IMG/VR virus record: IMGVR_UViG_3300029267_003762
Coordinates: 28,247-92,246 of that record
DNA: 64,000 nt
Source of the DNA: a virus
Strand: one strand, 5' to 3'
A program made the position numbers and the translations under genes. The notes under the pieces were generated by a model. It worked only from the letters and a program-made list of their open reading frames with translations, was not told the DNA's origin and ran no database searches. Within the stretch, counting starts at the first letter, position 1, and the number at the start of each line of letters is the position of its first letter. Positions 43,461 to 52,607 of this stretch are shown piece after piece.

Positions 43461-44824
43461 AGACAGCAGGTAGGGTCCGCAACGTTCAGTTTGTGCGTGC
43501 GGGAGGGATGGCGGGCCAGATGGGCCGTGACCTCGCGCGGGAGGCGATGAAGGTCGCCTTCATCCACGCCGGGATGGACAAGGAGGCGCTGCTTGCCGCC
43601 GGGGCCGGTCAAAAGGTCCTGAACTTCGGCAGGAAGCTCCTCGGCAAGGCCAAGTCGGCGCCGAGGTCGGCTCCTTCCATTCCCAAGGCCGTGCCCTACT
43701 CGACCCCGAAGCCGCAGCAGTGGGCGCATGTACCTGCTGACGCGCCGAGGATGACCGGGGGAGCGACAACGACCATGGTAGCCCCTCCGAGCGGGGGGCA
43801 GACCATGTTCCAAGCCCCCGCCCAATGGCCGCAGCCACAGCAAAGGGGCCGAGCTCCGAGGTCCATGTCTCAGGACCCGACGTTGTCCCAGCTTGTGGCA
43901 CCTGAAGCTCGATGGAATCCTGCAACGGCGCAACGGGCCACGCCGAGGTCAAGTGGCCGTGGCCGAGAGGGACTGCGAAGGCCTGAGAGTGTTCCGTGGG
44001 GCGGTGAGTCCCCTCCGGCACGTGCATCGGGGGGACAAGTCAAGAAGCCGGCCTCTCGCTCGCAGTTGCGCAGACCTGAGAGCGTGACGTTCGACACGCC
44101 TGCACCGGCTGGGCAGGTCAGGCCCTCGCCTTCGGCTTCGGCCCCGCCGCCGCCTTCTACCCGTAGGCGGGGATCGGTTGAGGCGCCGGCCACTAAGCGG
44201 TCGCCAGGCCAGCCTTCTGGGAAGGTACGTCGGGCGGGTACGGCCGGCGGGTCCCCGTACCGGCAACAGGGGGGCGTGCCCGCAACGCAGCCGCAGCCTA
44301 CGGCCCCCGCTACCGTGCCGCAGCAGCCTCAGGTGTCACCGCCCGTCCCGGGCCCCCGGCTCGCGCCGCCGACAGGCACTGTGGCCCCGCCCCCGACCCA
44401 GCGCGCGTCGGCTACGTCTGCTGGTGCTGTGCAGCCTTCTGCCGCCGGCGCGTTGCCAGCGCTCAGGACCCCCGCATCTCAACCTCTCCCTCGTTTCGGC
44501 GAGGGCGATGCAGTCATCGGCGGCAAGGCTACGACGGTCGGCGGGGCACCGGTTCCCGCCGCCACCCCGACCCCCATTCAGGCGCCGGTTGCCGCCCCGG
44601 AGGCCGCGCCAGGTCTCTGGCAAAAGGCGAAGCCGTACGTCATTGGAGGCGGAGCTCTTGGAGCTCTCGGCATCTACGGAGCGGGGTCCACCATGTCCTC
44701 GCTCGCCAACACAGGCCTCCAGGCCCTTGGCGGGCATCCGGGCATGTACCCCGCACAGGTGGGGGCGGCGTTGCCGGCGGAACCTAGCCAATACGGCTAC
44801 GTTGGCGGCCCGATGCTGATGTAG
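43448..44824 (+). CDS. Pro-rich protein with C-terminal hydrophobic segment
   Basis: K-x-A motifs at the N-terminus like the head proteins. Confidence 0.65.
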   Translation: MGRLKTAGRVRNVQFVRAGGMAGQMGRDLAREAMKVAFIHAGMDKEALLAAGAGQKVLNFGRKLLGKAKSAPRSAPSIPKAVPYSTPKPQQWAHVPADAPRMTGGATTTMVAPPSGGQTMFQAPAQWPQPQQRGRAPRSMSQDPTLSQLVAPEARWNPATAQRATPRSSGRGREGLRRPESVPWGGESPPARASGGQVKKPASRSQLRRPESVTFDTPAPAGQVRPSPSASAPPPPSTRRRGSVEAPATKRSPGQPSGKVRRAGTAGGSPYRQQGGVPATQPQPTAPATVPQQPQVSPPVPGPRLAPPTGTVAPPPTQRASATSAGAVQPSAAGALPALRTPASQPLPRFGEGDAVIGGKATTVGGAPVPAATPTPIQAPVAAPEAAPGLWQKAKPYVIGGGALGALGIYGAGSTMSSLANTGLQALGGHPGMYPAQVGAALPAEPSQYGYVGGPMLM

Positions 44825-45251
44825 CGAACTGCTTCAGGTACGAAGTGAAGCTCTTGTTGAAAAGCGCCTGGGGGCGCGCTTTCCGTATCGTTCTCACCGC
44901 GTCTTGAGGCGGCATCTTGTGCTTCTTGCTGTGGATGAGGGCAAGAGCGGAGATGAGCCCAGAGCGATTCAGGCCGGCGACGCATGTCACGAGGACATCC
45001 CTGCCCTCGTCCAACTCTTTGGCGACCTCCTTGCCGGCCACGAGGGCGAGCATCTTCTCCTCGTCCGTGATGTCGGAATCGGAGTAGTCGTTCAGGGGCA
45101 CCCGGATCGTCTTGATGCCCCCGACGTCGGGTTGGTACTCGTTGGCCGACAGAACGAGCACGTCAAAGACCCCACGTACCCACGCCATGTCGTCTTTGGC
45201 CGGCTTCGACCCCTGGTAGAGGTGGTCAACGATTCTGCTTGCGTCCATCAT
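44784..45251 (-). CDS. Dual-specificity protein phosphatase
   Basis: IVDHLYQGS, VPLND and P-loop VLVTCVAGLNRSG. Confidence 0.88.
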   Translation of the reverse strand: MMDASRIVDHLYQGSKPAKDDMAWVRGVFDVLVLSANEYQPDVGGIKTIRVPLNDYSDSDITDEEKMLALVAGKEVAKELDEGRDVLVTCVAGLNRSGLISALALIHSKKHKMPPQDAVRTIRKARPQALFNKSFTSYLKQFATSASGRQRSRIG

Positions 45252-45729
45252 CTTCTCGCAGCCACCAGTACGGGGGCAAGTTGTGTTCGGGTTCTGCGGA
45301 GGGCCTGGGGGGCATGGGCGCCAGCTTCCTCACGACGTTGCGGAGGATCCTCTTTTGATCCCGAACCTGTTCTTGGGGCTTCACGGGAGTAGTAGCGTAC
45401 ACGGTGGCGGCGATGTCGAGGAGGCGCCGTTCGTCGTCAGTCAGCGCGTCGTAGGTGCGGGCTCCGGATGCAAGGTCAGAGAGGACCTGCATCGTGTCTT
45501 GGCTGTACAGTTCCGGCCTCTCCCTCGAGTCGAAGTACAACACCCCAGCTTCCCCCGCCAAGAGCTGCTGGAAGAGCCCTTTTCTTGTTCCAGTCGCTCG
45601 CTCGTCCGGCAGGAAGGTCGCGGGGTTGGGAAGTTCTGGGAGCGCGGGCATCTTCGGGCCCATGGCCTGCAGAGCTGACTCGACAAAGTCGTTGAAAGGC
45701 ATGGGCCTTTTGGGCTTGGGCTCGCTCAT
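45226..45729 (-). CDS. Hypothetical protein
   Basis: Within the minus-strand run. Confidence 0.6.
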   Translation of the reverse strand: MSEPKPKRPMPFNDFVESALQAMGPKMPALPELPNPATFLPDERATGTRKGLFQQLLAGEAGVLYFDSRERPELYSQDTMQVLSDLASGARTYDALTDDERRLLDIAATVYATTPVKPQEQVRDQKRILRNVVRKLAPMPPRPSAEPEHNLPPYWWLREDDGRKQNR

Positions 45730-45916
45730 GGATGATCCTGTCGCCGTTCTGCAGAAGGAAGTCTACCACGATGGCCGAGATCATCAGCGACCGCACCCGA
45801 GACTTGAACTCTAGGTTGTACGGTACCCCGTACTTGAGCGAGAGCAGGCCGCCGTACATGTCCAGCAAGCGAACCTGCTCTTTCGTCAACCGAAGGTCGG
45901 GTCGGAGCAGCCTCAT
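45476..45916 (-). CDS. Hypothetical protein (3' half overlaps the next gene)
   Basis: ATGA coupling with the protease gene. Confidence 0.45.
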   Translation of the reverse strand: MRLLRPDLRLTKEQVRLLDMYGGLLSLKYGVPYNLEFKSRVRSLMISAIVVDFLLQNGDRIIHERAQAQKAHAFQRLCRVSSAGHGPEDARAPRTSQPRDLPAGRASDWNKKRALPAALGGGSWGVVLRLEGEAGTVQPRHDAGPL

Positions 45917-46788
45917 GCCACCAGCAAGATAGGGTCCATGCGGGTAGGGACGGTCAGGTCACGCGTCTCGTCGCTGAGCATCCATTCCTCGCTCATCCAG
46001 AAGTGGCCCGCGAGCTCGTCGCTGAGCCCGCCAAGGCCCCAAGAGTTGCGGATGAGGAACTCGTACTTGCCGTCCGCGCGCCGACGGTAGCCGACGATGA
46101 TCATCGCGTGCCGGCCAACGGAGCTCTTCGGCAAAGCAAGTGCGTCGTCTCCGTTGTGCTGCCTGCGGAAGTAGTACTGTAGGGCCTCGTCGACGGCCGT
46201 AGCGAACGGGATCGGATGGTTGTTCCGGATCGCGTGTACGATCTCCTCGATGCGCGAGCTGCGACTGGACGCGACGTGGTAGTACTCCTTGATCTTGTTG
46301 TCGTAGCCGTACTGGTAGCAGCGCGTGTTCGGCTGCGTGAAGACCTTGCCGATCAGGTACGGCCAGGCGCCCTTCTTCCCGCCGAGGTCGGCCGGGTCCT
46401 CCGGGCAGACGCCGTGCTTGCGCAGCGCGTCCGCGGCGGCGCGCATGTACGTGCCCTTGTCCCAGTTGGTTTCCTTGTGCTCGGCACGCGCGTTCCAATA
46501 GATGAACAGGCGGCTGAGCTGCACCACTTTCTTGCCCTCGATGCCGAGAAGGATCTCGAGCGCGTCGGCCCATGCGTTGGCGACGCAGGAGCCCAGCGCG
46601 CCCTGGTTGGACACGGGCGTGAACTCCTTGATGACGTGCTCGTCCGCGTTGTCCCAGGAGAACTGCCCGGCCTTGATGGCCTTCTCCATGGCGTACTCGA
46701 GGTCTTTCATGCTGGGCGGGTTGTCCCGGCACGTGAACTTGACTTGGTCAGGGTGGAACCCGAGGTCATGAACGATGGCGGGCATCAC
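45913..46788 (-). CDS. Papain-like (C1) cysteine protease
   Basis: NQGALGSCVANA, LSRLFIY, GRHAMIIVGY, IRNSWG. Confidence 0.92.
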   Translation of the reverse strand: MMPAIVHDLGFHPDQVKFTCRDNPPSMKDLEYAMEKAIKAGQFSWDNADEHVIKEFTPVSNQGALGSCVANAWADALEILLGIEGKKVVQLSRLFIYWNARAEHKETNWDKGTYMRAAADALRKHGVCPEDPADLGGKKGAWPYLIGKVFTQPNTRCYQYGYDNKIKEYYHVASSRSSRIEEIVHAIRNNHPIPFATAVDEALQYYFRRQHNGDDALALPKSSVGRHAMIIVGYRRRADGKYEFLIRNSWGLGGLSDELAGHFWMSEEWMLSDETRDLTVPTRMDPILLVA

Positions 46789-47090
46789 TGGTCCCCTTCG
46801 TTGGAGTACGTGCAGTCATCGATCTGCTCGCACGTCGTGAGCTCGGCGACGCAGCGGGGGTTGAGCATGATGGTGCCCTGTTCATGCGTCTCCTTGCAGA
46901 ACACGTTGTAGGGGGTGCCGCCGGGCGTGAACGCCTCCTCGCACCCTTTCGCCTTCAGGTTCTCGAACGCCGGGTCGCAGAACTCTGTGTCGTCGACCTC
47001 CGGCGTCGGTCGGGGCCCGGGGCCTTTGGGGCCGCACGCCGTGACCAGCAGAGCCCCCATCAGCGCGCCCAGTAGAAGCCTCTTCTTCAT
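46785..47090 (-). CDS. Cys-rich lipoprotein
   Basis: Signal peptide with lipobox LVTAC; further Cys residues follow. Confidence 0.8.
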   Translation of the reverse strand: MKKRLLLGALMGALLVTACGPKGPGPRPTPEVDDTEFCDPAFENLKAKGCEEAFTPGGTPYNVFCKETHEQGTIMLNPRCVAELTTCEQIDDCTYSNEGDQ

Positions 47091-47143
47091 CTATTCCTCC
47101 TGTGGTACGACTGTCGGAAGAACCTACCACAAGGAGATAGAAG

Positions 47144-47581
47144 ATGCGATACATCCTTCACCCCATGCTTTCTGACTGGGAAGACCCCATCAAGAGCGGC
47201 GGAGACATGCGTTCGTGGTTCTTCTTCTACAAGTGGCGGGCGGGGGTTACCTCCATCAAAGCGGACGATGCGTACAACGACCACGTCCAAAAGGGGGACC
47301 ACTTGGTCTTCTGCATGGACGGTGCAATCATCGCTGTCGCGAAGGTGCTCAACGTCGAGTACTGCATCACGTGGGGCCGCAACGAGGTGTACTTCGACTC
47401 GGACACCATGTTGATCCCAGCGTGCTTCGAAAACATGGGCATGCTTGGGTACAGCGCAGAGTCGAGCGAGGGAAGGCACATGGACGACGTCATGGAGAGC
47501 GCGGTACCCTTGAGCGATATCCCGGAAGGAGCGGAACCGGAATGGCTCAAGAACAACTTCCTCATGAAAAGACCCCGGTAA
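47144..47581 (+). CDS. Hypothetical protein
   Basis: SD AAGGAG. Confidence 0.65.
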   Translation: MRYILHPMLSDWEDPIKSGGDMRSWFFFYKWRAGVTSIKADDAYNDHVQKGDHLVFCMDGAIIAVAKVLNVEYCITWGRNEVYFDSDTMLIPACFENMGMLGYSAESSEGRHMDDVMESAVPLSDIPEGAEPEWLKNNFLMKRPR

Positions 47582-48228
47582 CCCGGCAGCAGATGGCGGA
47601 CGCCATGTACACGGCGTGGGTCCGCTACTTCGGAACGACCCCCTCGAAACCTACCATCCAGGTGCTCATGGCTCAGTGGGCTCTCGAGACGGGCGAGGGC
47701 AAGTCGATGCACAACTTCAATGTGGGCAACGTCAAGAGCCGCGAGGGCGACGGGCACAACTTCACCTACTTCGCCTGTTGGGAGAGGCTGTCGAAGGCGA
47801 GCGCCGAGGCAATGCAGGCCGCCGACCCGAAGCGCGTGAAGATCACCAGGTACTACCCTGACGGTAAGTGCAAGGTGTGGTTCTACCCGGAGCACCCGGC
47901 CTGCCGCTTCCGCGCCTTCAAGACGCTCGAGCGAGGGCTGATCGACCACCTCGCCATCTTGAGCAACCACAAGGCCTTCAAGAAGGCGTGGCCGGCCGTG
48001 CGCGCCGGTGACCCCAAGCTGTACGCCAAGCTGCTCAAGGAGGCCCGCTACTACACGGCCCCGCTACACGACTACACCAAAGGCGTGATGTTCTGGTTCC
48101 AGGTCTACAACAGCATCGAGCTGCCCGAGGCCCCCATGATGTCGAAAGAGGAGCAAGAGCAGATCAAGGGGTGGATCTCTCGCAGCCTGCAAAGAGTCTC
48201 TTCTGCTGGCAGAACAGAAGAGGAATAG
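47542..48228 (+). CDS. Glucosaminidase/FlgJ-like (GH73) peptidoglycan hydrolase
   Basis: MAQWALETG, NFNVGNVK, FRAF and YYTA motifs. Confidence 0.8.
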   Translation: MAQEQLPHEKTPVTRQQMADAMYTAWVRYFGTTPSKPTIQVLMAQWALETGEGKSMHNFNVGNVKSREGDGHNFTYFACWERLSKASAEAMQAADPKRVKITRYYPDGKCKVWFYPEHPACRFRAFKTLERGLIDHLAILSNHKAFKKAWPAVRAGDPKLYAKLLKEARYYTAPLHDYTKGVMFWFQVYNSIELPEAPMMSKEEQEQIKGWISRSLQRVSSAGRTEEE

Positions 48229-48286
48229 GCTGGACACAGGTAGGCCACTGAAGTAGAAGAATAGAACGCCCAAAGGCCGATAACTC

Positions 48287-48637
48287 ATGCGAAAAGCAGC
48301 TGCAACGAAGGTGCTCAAGCAGTACTTCATCCGTCCAGGTGACAAGCTCTGGGCAACTATCGTCGCCATCGTCCGAAGGGACGTGAAGAAGGACGACAGA
48401 ACGCGCAGCTACATCAACGTGGAGCTCACGGTCGGGCAGAAGAAACTTGCTATTCCGCACAGGTACGTCAGTGAGATCGGAGAGGCGCTGATTCGTGCGG
48501 GTACCGAGTGCAAGGCCTATCTGAAAGGAAAGAAAGATGGCGTACACAAAGCTGACCGCGAGGCGCTGGATTCAACTGCTGAAGGACAAGGCGTACAAGA
48601 GCGCGAGCTCTGCGAAGAAGGGCATCGGTCGGATTGA
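48287..48637 (+). CDS. Hypothetical protein
   Basis: ORF with phage-like codon usage. Confidence 0.55.
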   Translation: MRKAAATKVLKQYFIRPGDKLWATIVAIVRRDVKKDDRTRSYINVELTVGQKKLAIPHRYVSEIGEALIRAGTECKAYLKGKKDGVHKADREALDSTAEGQGVQERELCEEGHRSD

Positions 48638-49196
48638 CTGGCCTCCCGAGGCCAAGAAGCTCGGGCGCGACATCATCGACGCGTACTACGTTGGGAAGAA
48701 GATCACCGAGGCCGACATCAAGGCCCTCGAGAAGCTCGTCCCCGATGTGGAGGAGGAAGAGCCGAAGCCGCGTCCGAAGCCGCAACGGGTGAGCAAGTCG
48801 AACGGCCGGTCGCACCCTACCCCGGCTCGCACGCCCGTGACCGCCCCCATGTTCGACGCGCCGAAGGGCCTCGTCGAGATGCACGAGCTCAAGCTGGCCG
48901 CCGAGGTCGTGGGCAAGCTCACCACGACGTACGGCGAGATCTTTGAGTTGTGCGAGGGCGCGCAGGAGAAGGGCCTTGATGGCTCTTACGCTGCGGCTGT
49001 CGTTGAGAGCATCCCTGCTCTCATCACCACCGCCGACAGGCTCCGCGACAGGGCGTTGCGGGCATCGGAGAAGTTCGTGGACAAGTCGTTTCTCGAGAAG
49101 GTCGAAGAGACTTTCGAGAAGGTCACCGAAGAGCAGCAGCAGCTGTTCGATAAGGCGAAGCCCAAGGACCCGTTCAAGCCGGGCGCAACGAACTGA
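48537..49196 (+). CDS. Hypothetical protein
   Basis: SD AAGGA; good codon usage. Confidence 0.7.
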   Translation: MAYTKLTARRWIQLLKDKAYKSASSAKKGIGRIDWPPEAKKLGRDIIDAYYVGKKITEADIKALEKLVPDVEEEEPKPRPKPQRVSKSNGRSHPTPARTPVTAPMFDAPKGLVEMHELKLAAEVVGKLTTTYGEIFELCEGAQEKGLDGSYAAAVVESIPALITTADRLRDRALRASEKFVDKSFLEKVEETFEKVTEEQQQLFDKAKPKDPFKPGATN

Positions 49197-49599
49197 GCAG
49201 GCCCGTCTCCCCCTTCGATTCGATGATGCGGGCCAGTGTCCTCCGACTATTGCCGCAAGGAAGGATGTCGCAGGTCCAGCTGACGGCCCCGTCGTCCGAC
49301 TCGAACGAGGCGAGCACTCGCCCCGGTTCTTGCCACAACACCAGCACGGCGCACGGGCGCACCTTCTGTGCAGCGTCTCGAAGGAAGGTCTGTCGGATGT
49401 CCGGATTGTCCGGCAGCGGCACCATCACCAGGTCATCGATGATGCCCTTGCCGTCGTCCGTCTTGACCGCTTGGCCAGCCCAAAGAAAGGCGATTGCGGG
49501 GACTCTTCCTTTGATCTTCCACACGTCGTAGATCTTGTGGACGGCGGATCTTGCGCGCCGAAGAAGAATCTTGTGTACTATCTTCTCTGGTTTTCTCAC
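49174..49599 (-). CDS. Hypothetical protein
   Basis: GTG 49599; fills the gap and reads as globular. Confidence 0.5.
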   Translation of the reverse strand: MRKPEKIVHKILLRRARSAVHKIYDVWKIKGRVPAIAFLWAGQAVKTDDGKGIIDDLVMVPLPDNPDIRQTFLRDAAQKVRPCAVLVLWQEPGRVLASFESDDGAVSWTCDILPCGNSRRTLARIIESKGETGLLSSLRPA

Positions 49600-49608
49600 G
49601 GAGGAAGT

Positions 49609-49899
49609 ATGGACCTGCGCGGACAGAAGTTGCAAGGACTCAGAAGGCGCATGGGTGCGTGGAGAAGCAGGCTTCGTGCCGCCACCGGCGCGTACGCTGT
49701 CGACTTTCCCAACAGGTCGGATGGATCTTTCGACGTGGTCATCAAGTGGAGGACCAGACAGGGGGAGCTCGGGCACTACGCACGCACCTTCGACGAGGGC
49801 ACCGTCTTCCCCCCAGGCGGTGCCGTTCCCATGCACAAGCCCTGCGACTACGTGCGGCAGATCATCAAAGCCGTGCTCGACTTGCGGGGCGTCACCTGA
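49609..49899 (+). CDS. Hypothetical protein
   Basis: ATG after GGAGG. Confidence 0.6.
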   Translation: MDLRGQKLQGLRRRMGAWRSRLRAATGAYAVDFPNRSDGSFDVVIKWRTRQGELGHYARTFDEGTVFPPGGAVPMHKPCDYVRQIIKAVLDLRGVT

Positions 49900-49917
49900 G
49901 GCTGGTAGGTAAAAAGA

Positions 49918-50298
49918 ATGCCGGACATCACGCTGTCGCAACAGGAGTACGAGGATCTGGTGACCCTCGCGAAGAGGACCCTGAACACGCCGGAGCTGCG
50001 CGCTTTCGAGTCGAGCATGGCTGTGATCGAGCGCCGCAATGGCGTCGAGGTCAGCCTGTTGGCGCTCAGGTGGACCGAGGCGGGGGCGCCCAACCCACCG
50101 CACTACACGTTCCCTCAGTCGTGGCCCCCTGAGCAGGAGGCCGTGATGCGCAAGGTCGGCGGCCCCATCACCCGCGAGGAGGTCGAGGCCGAGCTCGAGG
50201 CGCGGGCCAAGGTGCCGGTCACCGTTCTCGTTTCCCCTGACCCCGGCGCCGAGCTCGGATGGACGACGCTCGACGACTTCTTCAAAGTTGGGCCATGA
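49918..50298 (+). CDS. Hypothetical protein
   Basis: Coupled run. Confidence 0.7.
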   Translation: MPDITLSQQEYEDLVTLAKRTLNTPELRAFESSMAVIERRNGVEVSLLALRWTEAGAPNPPHYTFPQSWPPEQEAVMRKVGGPITREEVEAELEARAKVPVTVLVSPDPGAELGWTTLDDFFKVGP

Positions 50299-50534
50299 CA
50301 GAGAAGTACATCAAAGTCGAGGTAACCTCGACGCTCGGAGCTTCCTACGTGTTCCCGGACATGCCCTTCGGTCAGCTCAAGCTCTTCATGGAGAACATGG
50401 CGGGCGCGTCCGACACGCTCGTTTTGGCCAACTTGAGCGGGGCAACCATGACGATCCCCAAAAGGATCATCGCTACTTTGAAAGTGAACGGCAAGACGGT
50501 ATGGACACGCCAGACCCCAAGATCCGGTGCATGA
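50295..50534 (+). CDS. Hypothetical protein
   Basis: ATGA overlap. Confidence 0.65.
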   Translation: MTEKYIKVEVTSTLGASYVFPDMPFGQLKLFMENMAGASDTLVLANLSGATMTIPKRIIATLKVNGKTVWTRQTPRSGA

Positions 50535-50860
50535 ACTGCGGAGAGATGACCCTTCCCAAAGACGGGGACCTGTACCTGGGGGTGTTCGTGTGCCCCATGT
50601 GCAAGGGGGTCGCTGAGATTCTGCGCAAGCGGGCGCGCAAGGAGCTCAAGCACCTGCTCACCTTGCTGGACGAGACCATTCGACTTGCGCTCGTGGAGGG
50701 CCGGCTCAAGCTGGGAGAGCAGGACCCCCAGGGGGACAAGCGCAAGGTGCTGATGACCATCGTCGATCTGTTGGAGGCGAAGAATGGTACAGGAATCGAA
50801 GGGCGGAGCTTTCACGGGGCCGGACGACGTTCAGTACAAGGCGAAGTGCCAGAACTCTAA
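50501..50860 (+). CDS. Zn-finger protein
   Basis: CMNC..CPMC. Confidence 0.6.
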   Translation: MDTPDPKIRCMNCGEMTLPKDGDLYLGVFVCPMCKGVAEILRKRARKELKHLLTLLDETIRLALVEGRLKLGEQDPQGDKRKVLMTIVDLLEAKNGTGIEGRSFHGAGRRSVQGEVPEL

Positions 50861-51056
50861 TTGCGAGTGGACCAAGATCTTGTGGCGCACTTCCGGCATC
50901 GGCTGGAAGGTGGGCGACATGCTTCCTCCCAACCCTGAGAAGCCGGAGGAGACGCGATGTGTGAAGTGCGGAACGTACAGCCTGATGATCATCGAGGTCC
51001 CACAATCTCAGCCGATCCAGGGGCCGAAGGGCTTCTGGTGTTTGCCGACCACCTGA
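50784..51056 (+). CDS. Zn-finger protein
   Basis: CQNSNC..CVKC; SD GGAGG. Confidence 0.65.
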   Translation: MVQESKGGAFTGPDDVQYKAKCQNSNCEWTKILWRTSGIGWKVGDMLPPNPEKPEETRCVKCGTYSLMIIEVPQSQPIQGPKGFWCLPTT

Positions 51057-51340
51057 CGCTTGAGGTGCCGGGCATCGCCGGCATTGCCGGGTTGGTAGAG
51101 GAGCTCGAGGAGACGGGCACCGACGTCGTCTTCAAGAACGTCAGGCTTACCCACGCCGCGCACATGAAGGTCATCAATGGCATCACCTTCATGCAACTGT
51201 TCTCGTTCTTCACTGTCCGGCGCGGAGACCAGGTCGTCGGGTCCCACCGCGAACTGCGGGTAATCGGTGGGGGTCTGCCCCCGGTCTACAAGGTCCCCTT
51301 CGTCTACCCCCGCGTTCTATTCAGAAAGAAGTTGACCTGA
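51038..51340 (+). CDS. Hypothetical protein
   Basis: Probable GTG start. Confidence 0.5.
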   Translation: MFADHLTLEVPGIAGIAGLVEELEETGTDVVFKNVRLTHAAHMKVINGITFMQLFSFFTVRRGDQVVGSHRELRVIGGGLPPVYKVPFVYPRVLFRKKLT

Positions 51341-51386
51341 GCAAAAGAGCCAGGTAGGTCTTGGCGTACAACAGGCGTACAACACC

Positions 51387-52607
51387 ATGGCAAGAAAAGA
51401 CCCACGACCTGAGCTCTCCCCAAACGCCCCGATCCCCGAGCCGACGGGCGAAACGGTGGAGATGCCGAACAACCCACCCTACGTTGACCCGCGTCTGCTG
51501 CACCCAAAGGCGCGGGCGTATCAAGAGCAACTGCAGAAAGCTCGAGGAGGCGAGCAGGTAGGCGTCACGCCGAAGCCGCCCATCCCGCGTCTCGACCAGT
51601 ACGACGAGAGCGCCAACAAGGGCCGCACCATGGCCCAGTCCGCTATGGGCGGCGACACGCAGACTGTGGTCGACATCTACCCGACCGACATCTTGCACGA
51701 AGACGCGAGGCGCGACCCCAAGTTCATTCAGGGGCAGGGCGACATGTTGGCGATGAACCAGCCATCGCTGGCGCTCAAGTACGGCATCATGCGCAAGGGG
51801 GAGTACGTGCCCGGCACATCCCTCGTGCGGCGTCCGGAGGGCCAGCTCAAGCAGCTGCGTCCGGAGACAGTTGAGGGCTTGGAGAGATTGCAGCGCGAGC
51901 AGCAGGAGCAACAGCAGGCAGCCCGCGCCGCGGCTCAGCATGGTGAGCAAGTCGTCAAGGACATGGAAGGGCAGGTGGCCGAATCCCAGGCCAGTAACGC
52001 CGCCGGCGGCGCCGCGGCCCGGTTGGGAGGTCGGCCCATCGAAGGGGAGAAGGCTCCGACGGAGGAGGACGAGCGCAAGCTCAAGGAGGGCGACCTCGAT
52101 CACCTCGACACGCTCGACTTCGGAACCATTCGGCAGATGATGGTCCGCAACCTGCTCAACAACGAGAAGCAGCGCGAGATCGTCGAGGGCCGGATCAAAG
52201 ACGAGATCCGCATCAGCGACATGCTGATCAACGGCTACGCCAAGCAGCGGGTTCCCATCATCCCGGGGGAGTTCGAGCCGACCTTCATGACCGTGGGCGG
52301 CGACATCGAGCTCGAGCTCAAGGCCATGCTCTCGGAGGAGGCACGCACCTACGAGTACACGGAGCAGTACTTCCTCGACAAGTACTCCCTGATGGCTCTG
52401 GCGGCGGGGTTGCACTCCATCAACGGGGAGAAGCTGCCGAGCCACATCAACAATGACGGGGACCTCGACCGGGAACTGTTCTGGAAGAAGTTCAAGAAGG
52501 TCGCCAAACTCCCGCTGCCCATGCTGGCTAGCCTTGGAACGCACTACTTCTGGTTCGACGTCAGGTGTCGCCGGAAGTTCGTAGCTGGAGAACTGGGAAA
52601 TGGCTGA
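51387..52607 (+). CDS. Putative tail assembly chaperone (G-like)
   Basis: Ends with G GGA AAT slippery site just before the stop. Confidence 0.6.
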   Translation: MARKDPRPELSPNAPIPEPTGETVEMPNNPPYVDPRLLHPKARAYQEQLQKARGGEQVGVTPKPPIPRLDQYDESANKGRTMAQSAMGGDTQTVVDIYPTDILHEDARRDPKFIQGQGDMLAMNQPSLALKYGIMRKGEYVPGTSLVRRPEGQLKQLRPETVEGLERLQREQQEQQQAARAAAQHGEQVVKDMEGQVAESQASNAAGGAAARLGGRPIEGEKAPTEEDERKLKEGDLDHLDTLDFGTIRQMMVRNLLNNEKQREIVEGRIKDEIRISDMLINGYAKQRVPIIPGEFEPTFMTVGGDIELELKAMLSEEARTYEYTEQYFLDKYSLMALAAGLHSINGEKLPSHINNDGDLDRELFWKKFKKVAKLPLPMLASLGTHYFWFDVRCRRKFVAGELGNG

